From Spirochaetales bacterium (GTDB taxonomy: Bacteria > Spirochaetota > Spirochaetia > Treponematales > Treponemataceae), in contig QKDA01000231.1 in NCBI GenBank assembly GCA_003246765.1, positions 25 to 64,024 of the forward strand: a DNA stretch of 64,000 bases, read 5' to 3'. The first letter of the stretch is position 1. Each line of letters opens with the position of its first letter. The position numbers and the translations under genes are program-made. The notes under the pieces were generated by a model. It was not told the origin of the DNA. It saw nothing but the letters and a program-made list of their open reading frames with translations, and made no database searches. Positions 44,275-52,834 of this stretch are shown here, in pieces.

Positions 44275-46307
44275 ATGTTTCGCGATTCAGTAGGTTCCCT
44301 GACCCTCGAGGAGAAGGCTTCGCTCTGCGCGGGCGAGAGTTTTTGACATACCAGGGCCGTCGAGCGGCTCGGCATTCCGTCCTGGATGATGACCGAAGGG
44401 CCCCACGGACTGAGGAAGCAAAAGCCGGCGGGGGAGGGAACCGGCCTCTTCGACAGCGTCGAGGCCACCTGCTTTCCCCCGGCGGTGAATCTCGCGGCGA
44501 CGTGGAACCGGGAATGCGCGAGAAAGGTCGGTGCGGCGGTGGCCAGGGAATGCAGGGCGGAGGACGTCGGGGTGCTGCTCGGCCCCGGGGTGAACATGAA
44601 GCGGAGCCCCCTGTGCGGGCGGAATTTCGAGTATTTTTCCGAGGACCCCCTGCTTGCCGGCGAACTCGCGGCCTCGCTTATCGAGGGGGACCAGGGCGAG
44701 GGCGTGGGCACGTCGCTGAAGCACTTCGCGGCGAACAACCAGGAAGGATACCGCCTTTTGTCCGATTCGGTCCTCGATGAGTGGACCCTGCGCGAGATAT
44801 ACTTGAGGGCCTTCGAGATCGCGGTAAGGAAGGCGAAACCCTGGACGGGGCGGTTTTGGACCGAACCGTGGCGCGGCTCCTTGACCTGACGTCCAAGGTG
44901 GCGGAAAGCGGGCGGAGCCGGGAACCGGCGGACCTTGGGGCCCATCACGCGCTCGCCCGGGAAATCGCGGAAGAGTCCATCGTGCTATTGAAGAATGAAG
45001 GCGGGTTTTTGCCCCTGAAACCGGAGGGAACGATCGCGTTCATCGGGGAGTTTGCCCGAAAACCCCGGTTTCAGGGCGGCGGCAGTTCCCATATCCAGCC
45101 GACCCGGGTGGACGATCCGTACGGGGAAGCGGGCCGCCTCGGCGGTTTCAGGCTGACCTACGCGCCGGGGTATTCCGCCGCGTCCGACGGGAGCGACCCC
45201 GCGCTCATCGAGGAAGCCCGGCGCGTCGCGGCGGCGACGGACAGGATCGAATCGGAGGGATACGACAGGACCAGTCTCGATTTGCCCGAGGCCCATAGGG
45301 CCCTGATCGACGCGGTCACGTCGGTAAACCCGAACGCGGCGGTGGTTTTGATCAACGGCGCTCCCGTCGCGATGCCCTGGCTTGACCGGGTTCCCGCGGT
45401 CCTCGAGGCCTATCTCGGCGGGCAGGCCGCGGGCGGCGCGATAGTCGACACGTTATTTGGTAGGGTGAATCCCTCGGGCCATCTCGCGGAGACCTTTCCC
45501 GCGCGGCTTGAGGACTCGCCGGCCTATCCCTGGTATCCCGGCGGCAGGGAGAAGGCCGAATACCGGGAAGGGGTTTACGTCGGGTACCGCTACTACCGTG
45601 CGAAACGGCTGAGGCCGCTGTTCCCCTTCGGCCACGGGCTTTCCTACACGACCTTCGGCTTCAGCAACCTGAGGGCGCCTTCGGGAAGGATTGACGGGAC
45701 AAAGGACGTATCGATATCGGTGGACGTGACCAACGAGGGGAAAGTGCCCGGTAAAATAGCGGTGCAGCTTTACGTGCGGGACCGGGAATCCTCGGTTCAC
45801 CGCCTGGAACGGGAATTGAGGGCCTTCGAGAAGGTTTCCCTGGAGCCGCACGAGACCAAGACGGTCCGGTTCGTTTTGGACCCCCGCGCGTGGTCCTTCT
45901 GGGACGAGGGGCAAAGCGGCTGGCGGTTCGAGAGCGGGATTTTCGACGTGATGGCGGGCGCCTCAAGCGAGGATATCCGCCTGGAGGCGGCGCTGGACGT
46001 GCATAATCCCTCCGCCGGGATTCCCTTTCCCGACATGCACTCGACCCTGGCCGATTTCAGGGCCTATCCGGCGGGACGGCGCTTGGCGGATACCCTCGCG
46101 AAACCCTTTCTCGACTCTTTGGGCAAGTTGGAACCCGCTTCGGCCGAGGCGCGCATGGCCGCGAGCAAGACCGAGGAGATGCCCCTGCGGGCCTTCCTGA
46201 ATTGCTCGGGCGATCGAGCGTCCCGGGAGCTGGCGGAACTGACGAAAGCGGTCATACGGGGCGAACGACCCGAGGCGGACCTGGAGGGAAAGTTCGGGGG
46301 AGCCTGA
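44275..46307 (+). pseudogene. GH3 beta-glucosidase (BglX-like) pseudogene: premature TGA plus an internal out-of-frame deletion
   Basis: GGAGG RBS and ATG 44275. [30 protein letters not shown], where family members have Trp (44344-44346). GH3 blocks continue ([36 protein letters not shown]), then jump frame at about 44838 straight to [16 protein letters not shown]. The segment that should hold the SDW nucleophile is missing. Confidence 0.8.
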
Positions 46308-46397
46308 GCCTTTCGGCCGGGCCCCTTTCGATACCGCGGCAACGGCGGTTTTCAGCGGCCTGCGGGCGCGCGGGTCAAGCGAAACAGAGGATGAAGG

Positions 46398-46796
46398 ATG
46401 CATACGATTGACGATCTCGAGGACGATTTAGACGACGCGAAACTCGCCCATGAACTCAGGCAATTCAAGAGGGAGCGGGACAAGATCAAGAAGGTCCTGA
46501 AGGCCATAAACGAGAACAAGCGGACGCCGCTTGAAAAGTACATCGACGCGATTTTCGTCGCCCTCCTGGTACTCTTATTCTCGGCGCGCGTTTTGACCCA
46601 TTGGATCGGCGATTTCGTCTCCCTGGAGATCGGAACCCTTTTAGTCTCGATAAAGATCATATTCCTGATGCGGCGCCAGGATAATTACAATCACTTCATG
46701 TTCATGATCGTGCATACGATCGACTACCGGCAGAACGTCATACTGAAGCGGCTTAACGAGATCGAGGCACGGAGGGACGGGGACGGGAAACGGTAG
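46398..46796 (+). CDS. Hypothetical small membrane protein
   Basis: Acidic/coiled N-terminus, then two hydrophobic helices (AIFVALLVLLFSARVL, IGTLLVSIKIIFL). GAGG-like RBS. Confidence 0.45.
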   Translation: MHTIDDLEDDLDDAKLAHELRQFKRERDKIKKVLKAINENKRTPLEKYIDAIFVALLVLLFSARVLTHWIGDFVSLEIGTLLVSIKIIFLMRRQDNYNHFMFMIVHTIDYRQNVILKRLNEIEARRDGDGKR

Positions 46797-46826
46797 GAAG
46801 GCCGGGAGGCGCCGCGGCCCGCCCGT

Positions 46827-47619
46827 TCAGGCGTTCCCGCGGGGCAGGGGTATCCCGCGGAATTCGTCGGGTCCGAGGGTAGCGTCCCTGACCGAAACCA
46901 CCGCCCCGGCGACCCGGTTCGCGTATTCAAGGGCTTCGCGGTAGGGAAGCCCGAGCTTTCTGCAAGCGATGACCGCGCCGATATGGGAATTCCCGGCGCC
47001 GATGGTATCGACGACGGCCATGTGAACCGTGGGCACGCGATGGAACCCGCCTTCGTGAAGCCGAGAAGCTCTTCCCCGTTCAGGTGAAGTACCGGGCGAG
47101 CGCGAATAGCGCCTCCATTTTATCGAGCCCGATATGGTTGATCCGGGGCCCCGGGGCGAAGTAAACGGTCGGCGAACGGGAGGCGGTCAGGTTCCGCAGG
47201 TAGGAGATGATCTCGGTCCCGGTCGGCTTCTCGATCTCGATCCCGCAAACGTAGACGCCGTCGATCTCGTCGGGGGGAACGGCGCCCATCCAGCTTTCGC
47301 GGAAGGTAAACTCGGCCCAGTGGTAGGAGACGAAGGTCCTCTCGCCGTCGGGTTCCACGTAGCAGTAGCAGTAGCCGTTGTCGCGGTCGGCGACGCGCAG
47401 GAAGGGCTCGATGCCGAGGGCCGCCAGTTCCTTGTACACGTAATCGCCGAAAAGTCCGGTCCCGACGGGGGAGCACAGCACGTGGGGGAGCCCCGCGAGG
47501 CGGAGGACGTTCTGCACGTTGTAGGCGCACCCGCCGAGGGTGACGGTCTGGGACCGAATGTTCACGTCGTCATTTCTCGAGGGCAGGGCCGGTACGCCGA
47601 TGATGACGGTCTTTTTCAT
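46827..47619 (-). pseudogene. PfkB-family carbohydrate kinase pseudogene (frameshifts and an internal deletion)
   Basis: N-terminal 180 aa are intact (GGCAYNV, PfkB-like). At LFALAR the frame shifts (PVLHLNGEELLGF is in another frame), and a third frame carries the C-terminal VVDTIGAGNSHIGA motif. About 30-40 codons expected between them are absent. Confidence 0.7.
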
Positions 47620-47911
47620 GGAGAGTCTGCCTTTGAATCGCGGTTTCGGCGTAGTGTAACCCAAAGAGCGATAAAAAAGAACCGTCCCGGTAAGTTCGCC
47701 CAGGGTCTTCCTTCTGGACTGGGTATAAATAAAGAGGACCACCGTGAGGCGATCCTCTTTTGTTAGTATACGGAAGAAGACTTGCCCTCCAAACCTCGGC
47801 CTCGTGCCTCAGTTTTCCGGGACGCCTCCGTAGCCTGTCGCGGCCCTCCATGGCTGCTAATCCTCGCATGGTCATTTCCATGACCCTCGCTCGGCCGCCC
47901 CCGCTCGAAAG

Positions 47912-47945
47912 ACAAAAAAAAACACGCCAATCGGCGTGTTTTTTG
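47912..47945. terminator. Bidirectional hairpin terminator downstream of tRNA-Leu
   Basis: A-run, AACACGCC-aatc-GGCGTGTT, T-run. On the minus strand it directly follows the tRNA 3' end. Confidence 0.7.
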
Positions 47946-48029
47946 TCCCCGGAAGAAGACTTGAACTTCCATGCCCGTAAGAGCACTAGTACCTGAAACT
48001 AGCGTGTCTACCAATTCCACCATCCGGGG
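47946..48029 (-). tRNA. tRNA-Leu (anticodon CAG)
   Basis: 84-nt type II cloverleaf folded by hand. Acceptor CCCCGGA/TCCGGGG plus discriminator A, D-arm GTGGAATTGGTAGACAC, anticodon stem CTAGT/ACTAG with loop TTCAGGT, a 15-nt variable arm, and a T-arm GGAAG-TTCAAGT-CTTCT. CCA is not encoded. Confidence 0.9.
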
Positions 48030-48102
48030 ATTGCCTTCCCTCGCGGGACGCAGGAATAAAACTAACGGAAAGAGCCCTTTCTGTCAAGGGAGCAGGGTTC
48101 GC

Positions 48103-49260
48103 TCAGGGGGTCTTTTTCTCCTCCTCCCGGGGCAACGGAAAAAGTAGGGTACAGCTGGACTTTTTGCGGTTCCGCAAGTCCCAGACCACGGTCACAGCGC
48201 AAATTCGAGCGATTTTCTCGGCTAGGAAGATTTCGCTCATGAGCCCCGCCGCGGCAAGATCCTGAATCACGGCATTTCCAAGATCCGCGGCGGTGGCGAC
48301 GATTCCCTGGTTTTGCCGTTCCCCGGACCAGGACAGCGCCAAGGAAAGTTCCCCGGGAACGTCGTCGAGGGTTATGCCTATCGGTGTACCGTAATCCGCG
48401 AAGAGGGCCGCCATGCGCACCAGGGGCTGCAGCATCTGCGCCAGGAGTTCGCTCCGGATGCGAACGGGATGGGTTTCGGGGGAATAACGCATCGTAAGGC
48501 TCAAGCCGCGTTCCTCGAGGCGTTTCCTCTCCAGGTCCGCGACCGCCGCCAGGACAGGAACCAGCTCTATGGGGCTGCTGTCCCTCAAGGCGGAGGCGTG
48601 TTTCAGGGTTCCCAGGTGCTCCGCGTTGGCCAGGAGCGTGTCCATAGCCTCCACGTTTCGGTTGAGCAGGGCCGTGAGCCGCTCCCTCTTTTCGGGGTCA
48701 GGCTCGTCCAGGAGGGCAAGCCGGGCAATACCCGCGATCCCGGTGGCGGGAGCCGAAATTTCCCTGACGATGATCTTTAAGGTAAGGTCTTTGCTGTCGT
48801 TGATAAGTTCAAGCCGCCGGTGTAACGCGGCCAGCTCGACCCCCCTTCGGGTGACGGCGGCTTCCAGGGACTCGATGCGGCTGTCTTGAAGGCGCAGCGT
48901 TTCCTGGGACTTCAGCAGTACGCGGATCTTGTGCATGGCGACGTTTACGTTGACGGGTTTGCGCAGGAAGTCCGACGCCCCGGCCTCAAGGCAGCGGTGT
49001 TCGTCCTCCTGGGCCGTCAGGAACAGTACCGGCGTATCTCGGGCTTCGGGAATTTCGCATATTCTCCTAAGAATCCGGGCTCCGTCCTCCCGGCATAGGG
49101 CGCAGTCCAGAAGCACCAGGTCCGGCGGGTTTTCCGAGATAAGCGCGAGGGCCTCCCGGCTCGAGGCGCGGGTCTCCACCGCGTGCCCCTCCGAGGCGAG
49201 GTCCTTCGCGAGGGTCTCAAGGGATTCCGGCTCGGCGTCTACCAGCAGAATACGGCTCAT
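48103..49260 (-). CDS. Response-regulator receiver fused to a degenerate histidine-kinase-like module
   Basis: REC blocks ILLVDAE, PDLVLLDCAL and SDFLRKP. A coiled linker follows, then the HisKA-like helix IIVREISAPATGIAGIARLAL, where the phospho-accepting His position reads Arg. The C-terminal part lacks recognisable N/G1/G2 boxes. Confidence 0.65.
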   Translation of the reverse strand: MSRILLVDAEPESLETLAKDLASEGHAVETRASSREALALISENPPDLVLLDCALCREDGARILRRICEIPEARDTPVLFLTAQEDEHRCLEAGASDFLRKPVNVNVAMHKIRVLLKSQETLRLQDSRIESLEAAVTRRGVELAALHRRLELINDSKDLTLKIIVREISAPATGIAGIARLALLDEPDPEKRERLTALLNRNVEAMDTLLANAEHLGTLKHASALRDSSPIELVPVLAAVADLERKRLEERGLSLTMRYSPETHPVRIRSELLAQMLQPLVRMAALFADYGTPIGITLDDVPGELSLALSWSGERQNQGIVATAADLGNAVIQDLAAAGLMSEIFLAEKIARICAVTVVWDLRNRKKSSCTLLFPLPREEEKKTP

Positions 49261-50307
49261 GAGTCCCTATACTGGGTATGGATTTCCGTTATCTCCCGGG
49301 ACACCGAAAGGAAGAGATCCACGAGATCCGGGTCAAAATGGGTTCCCCGTTCGTCGTTGAGGAGCACAAAGGCCTCGATGATGGTCTGGGCGGGCTTGTA
49401 CACGCGCTTCATGGTAATTGCGTCGAAGACGTCGGCTATGGCCACGATCCGGGCAGAAAGGGGAATGCCGTTTCCCGAGAGCCCCGCGGGATACCCCGCA
49501 CCGTCCCACCGTTCATGGTGATGAAGGATAATGTCCCGCGCCGTGGACAGGTAATGATAGGCGGGAAAGGATTCCTGGAGCCGCACGATGGTCTCGGCGC
49601 CCTTGGTGGTATGGGTTTTCATCACCTCGAATTCCTCAGGCGTGAGGCGGCCCGGCTTATGGAGGATGTGGTCGGGGATGCTGACCTTGCCGATGTCGTG
49701 CAGCCTGGCGAGGGAGGTAACGGTTTCAGCGAAGAGGGGCTCGATATCGTTGCGGTACCGGGGCGACTTGAAGGCCTGGACGGCCAGAATCTCTACGTAC
49801 TTTTCCATGCGAAGGAGATGCTGTCCGGTCTCGTTGTCCCTGGTGCCCGCCAAGTCCGCCAGGGACTGGATCATGAGCTGCTGGGAGGAGAGGTCCTCCG
49901 CGGGGGCAACCGCCCTGACCGCGGCCTGTCGGATCAAGTTGAGGGTCCTCTGGATGCGTAGGTCCAGTTCCTCGGGGTCGTAGGGCTTATGGATGAAGTC
50001 CATGGCTCCCCGGCGGAAGGTTTCCTTGATGCGCTCGGGGTCATGGTCGGCGGACACCATCATGACCGGTATGTGCTTGAACCTCGGGGTATAGCGCAGG
50101 ATGTCCAGGAATTCCAGCCCGTCGATGCCCGGCATATTCATGTCCAGGAGGATAAGGTCGGGGATGTTCACCGAGAGCTGGGCGATGGATTCCTCGTAGT
50201 TGCATGCCCCGGACACGGCATAGGACGCGGAGAGTTCCGCCTTGAAAAGGGCGAGCTGGGTCTATACAGAGGATCTTCGGTTTCTTCGTTGCGCTGGATT
50301 CCTGCAT
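49257..50307 (-). pseudogene. REC-HD-GYP response regulator (RpfG-like) with a frameshift in the receiver domain
   Basis: ATG 50307 gives MQESSATKKPKILCID. The frame then slips at about 50258-50263 (run of C), and the rest (QLALFKAELS...PDLILLDMNMPGIDG, HDIGK, HHERWDGAGYPAGL) is in the ORF-track frame 49257-50216. Confidence 0.7.
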
Positions 50308-50384
50308 CGGTATGCCCATATACCAGTGTAAGGCACTGATCCGGCGCTGCGCAACGAGTCACTCGTCTTTTTTCCGGGTTGCCC

Positions 50385-51833
50385 CTACACGCTGTAGGTT
50401 CCCGAGGTCGTGCTTCCGCCGCGGCCGGTCCAGTCGGTATGAAAGCTCTCTCCCCGGGGGCGGTCGGTCCGCTCGTAGGTATGGGCCCCGAAATAATCCC
50501 TTTGCGCCTGGATCATGTTCGCGGGGAGGCGTTCGCTGCGGAAGCCGTCGAACCACGAAAGGGCCGAGGCGAGGGCCGGAATCGGCAGGGCCGCTCCCAT
50601 GGCCTCGGTCACCACGGAACGCCAGCCCTCCTCGGCGGAGAGGAGCTCCTTCGCGAAATAGGGGGAGAGCACCAGGTTCGGCAAGGATCCTTCTGAGGCG
50701 AAGGCCTCGGCGATGCGGTCGAGGAAGGCGGACCGGATGATGCAGCCGCCCCGCCAGATTCGGGCGATGGAGGCGAAATCGAGGTCCCAGCCGTGGGTTT
50801 CCGACGCGATTCGAAGGAGCTCAAAGCCCTGGGCGTAGGATACGATCTTTGCGGCGTATAGGGCGTCGTGCAGGCGGCCGAGAAAGGTCTCGACGTCGCC
50901 GGTAAAGCGGCGGCGTTCCCGCGGAAACCGGCGGGACGCGAGGCGGCGGGTATCCTTTTGGGCGGAAAGACAGCGGGCGAAGACCGATTCCACGATGAGG
51001 GTAAGGGGGGTGCCCTCGTCAAGGGCGGCGATCCCGGTCCATTTGCCGGTTCCTTTCTGGCCCGCCGCGTCGAGAATCCTCTCCAGCAGGGGCTCTCCGT
51101 CGGCGTCCTGATAGCCGAGGATATCCGCGGTGATCCCTATGAGATAGGAATCGAGTTTTCCCCGGTTCCAACGGGTGAAGATTTCCCGCATCCTGTGGTG
51201 GGAGAGGCCGAGGTACTCCTGCATGATCCAGTAGATTTCGGAAACGATCTGCATGTCCCCGTACTCAATGCCGTTGTGGACCATCTTTACGAAGTGCCCC
51301 GCCCCGCCGCCGCCTACCCAGGCGCTGCAGGGAGCCCCGTCGGGGGCTTTCGCGGATATGGCCGTGAAAATCGGCTCCAGGGCGGGCCAGGCCTCCTTGC
51401 TCCCCCCGGGCATGAGGGACGGCCCGTTGAGGGCCCCTTCCTCGCCCCCGGATATCCCGGTGCCGATAAAGCGTATTCCCCGTCCCGCCAGGTAGTCCTG
51501 GCGCCGGGAGGTATCGTTGAAATTGGAGTTGCCCCCGTCGATTATGGTATCCCCCCGGTCGAGATGGGGCAGGAGCTGCTCGATCACCTGATCTACGGCG
51601 CTTCCCGCCTTGATCATCATCATTACCATACGGGGTGCAGGGAGGAGCGCCGCGAGTTCAGCGAGGGTAGCGGCCCGGACGAACCGCTTGCCCTTGCCGC
51701 GTCCCTCAAGAAAGCGGTCCAGGGTGGCGGTGGTTTTATTGTGAACCGCTACGGTAAACCCGTTCCGTTCCATGTTGAGCGCCAAATTCTCGCCCATGAC
51801 GGCGAGTCCGATAAATCCGATGTCCGGTTTCAT
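50385..51833 (-). CDS. gnd: 6-phosphogluconate dehydrogenase, decarboxylating
   Basis: IGFIGLAVMGENLALNMERNGF, GAGHFVKMVHNGIEYGDMQ, and full-length colinearity with Gnd. Confidence 0.95.
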   Translation of the reverse strand: MKPDIGFIGLAVMGENLALNMERNGFTVAVHNKTTATLDRFLEGRGKGKRFVRAATLAELAALLPAPRMVMMMIKAGSAVDQVIEQLLPHLDRGDTIIDGGNSNFNDTSRRQDYLAGRGIRFIGTGISGGEEGALNGPSLMPGGSKEAWPALEPIFTAISAKAPDGAPCSAWVGGGGAGHFVKMVHNGIEYGDMQIVSEIYWIMQEYLGLSHHRMREIFTRWNRGKLDSYLIGITADILGYQDADGEPLLERILDAAGQKGTGKWTGIAALDEGTPLTLIVESVFARCLSAQKDTRRLASRRFPRERRRFTGDVETFLGRLHDALYAAKIVSYAQGFELLRIASETHGWDLDFASIARIWRGGCIIRSAFLDRIAEAFASEGSLPNLVLSPYFAKELLSAEEGWRSVVTEAMGAALPIPALASALSWFDGFRSERLPANMIQAQRDYFGAHTYERTDRPRGESFHTDWTGRGGSTTSGTYSV

Positions 51834-51865
51834 GGAACCTCCCGGGATTGCGTGCGGTTCCCGCC

Positions 51866-52066
51866 TTATTCGTCGGCGGGGAGGGTGGAGGGTTCAAGAA
51901 TGGCGGGATCGGAGGAGGCCCGATGCGCCAGGAGCAGGGTGAGACCCGCTGCCAGGAGGAGAAAAAGCGCCGCGCCTACGGCGGCGGCGATCTTCTTCGC
52001 CGAGCTGGAGCCTCGTTCCCGTCCCCTTTTCCTGAACTCGATTTCCGTTGGCTGGAGTTCAGTCAT
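51866..52066 (-). CDS. Small single-pass membrane protein (hypothetical)
   Basis: ATG 52066 lies just after the deoD stop. MTELQPTEIEFRKRG..., then TM AAAVGAALFLLLAAGLTLLLA. Confidence 0.35.
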   Translation of the reverse strand: MTELQPTEIEFRKRGRERGSSSAKKIAAAVGAALFLLLAAGLTLLLAHRASSDPAILEPSTLPADE

Positions 52067-52071
52067 TCCGC

Positions 52072-52776
52072 TCAGGATCCCGCCACTGCCTCGAGGGCGA
52101 TCTCGATCATGGAGCGGAAGGTGCTCTGCCTCTCTTCCGCGGTCGTCCCGGTACCCTTGGCGATGTGGTCCGATACCGTGAGGATCGCGAGGGCTTCCCG
52201 GCCGAACTGGGCAGCCAGGGTATAGAGCTCCGCCGCCTCCATCTCGATGCCGAGGACTCCCCATTTGGCCCAGAGTTTCCAGGCTTCCTGATCGTCGTAA
52301 AAGCTGTCCGAGGAGGTGACGGAACCCACCAGGGGCGCGATGTTCCTCTTGAGGGCGGCGTCGTAGGCCTTCCTCACGAGGTCAAAGCTGGCGGTGGGAG
52401 CGAAGAAGCGCCCGCCGAACCGGTGGGCGTTGAGGGCGGAGTCGGTGCAGGCGCTCATGGCGATGATAACGTCCCTGAGGTTGGTCGATTCCTGCACCGC
52501 CCCGGCGGTGCCGACCCGTACGGCCTTCTGCACGCCGTAAAAGCGGAAGAGCTCGTTGACGTAAATGGAGAGGGAGGGCTGGCCCATGCCGGTGCCCTGA
52601 ACGGATACCCTCTTGCCCTTGTAGGTTCCAGTGAAGCCGTACATTCCTCGTATTTCGTTATAGCAAACGGGATTCTCAAGAAAGGTTTCCGCAATGAATT
52701 TCGCGCGGAGGGGGTCTCCGGGCAGGAGGATCGACTCGGCGATCTCTCCGGGCTTTGCGCCGATATGTGTACTCAT
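52072..52776 (-). CDS. deoD: Purine nucleoside phosphorylase, DeoD type
   Basis: [58 protein letters not shown]. Confidence 0.95.
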   Translation of the reverse strand: MSTHIGAKPGEIAESILLPGDPLRAKFIAETFLENPVCYNEIRGMYGFTGTYKGKRVSVQGTGMGQPSLSIYVNELFRFYGVQKAVRVGTAGAVQESTNLRDVIIAMSACTDSALNAHRFGGRFFAPTASFDLVRKAYDAALKRNIAPLVGSVTSSDSFYDDQEAWKLWAKWGVLGIEMEAAELYTLAAQFGREALAILTVSDHIAKGTGTTAEERQSTFRSMIEIALEAVAGS

Positions 52777-52834
52777 GCCTCGTATACTAACAGGGATTTG
52801 CTTCTTTTGCAAATCCTGCGGTATACTGCCGTTT

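Noticed and set aside
44344-44346. The in-frame TGA at a conserved Trp position might indicate TGA=Trp recoding or selenocysteine.
   Set aside because: Many well-supported genes in the window terminate at TGA at their expected ends (for example the 4456-6432, iorA and iorB genes). The same gene also carries a large out-of-frame deletion, so a nonsense mutation in a pseudogene is the simple explanation.
43036-44948. Multiple overlapping ORFs of 140-270 aa in several frames (43036-43674, 43108-43632, 43445-44074, 44052-44780, 44139-44948).
   Set aside because: These are Arg/Pro/Gly-rich artefacts overlapping the asparaginase-like gene, the membrane-anchored protein gene and the GH3 pseudogene. 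None has motifs or a sensible start context.
47785-47916. Possible SRP RNA, 6S RNA or riboswitch between tRNA-Leu and the pfkB remnant. The cues were a GGAA tetraloop hairpin and an AGCAGCCATGG string reminiscent of the 4.5S RNA domain IV.
   Set aside because: The AGCAGCC string is not adjacent to the tetraloop as it is in SRP RNA, and no long closing helix or known riboswitch core could be folded by hand. It is reported only as an unexplained segment in the findings.
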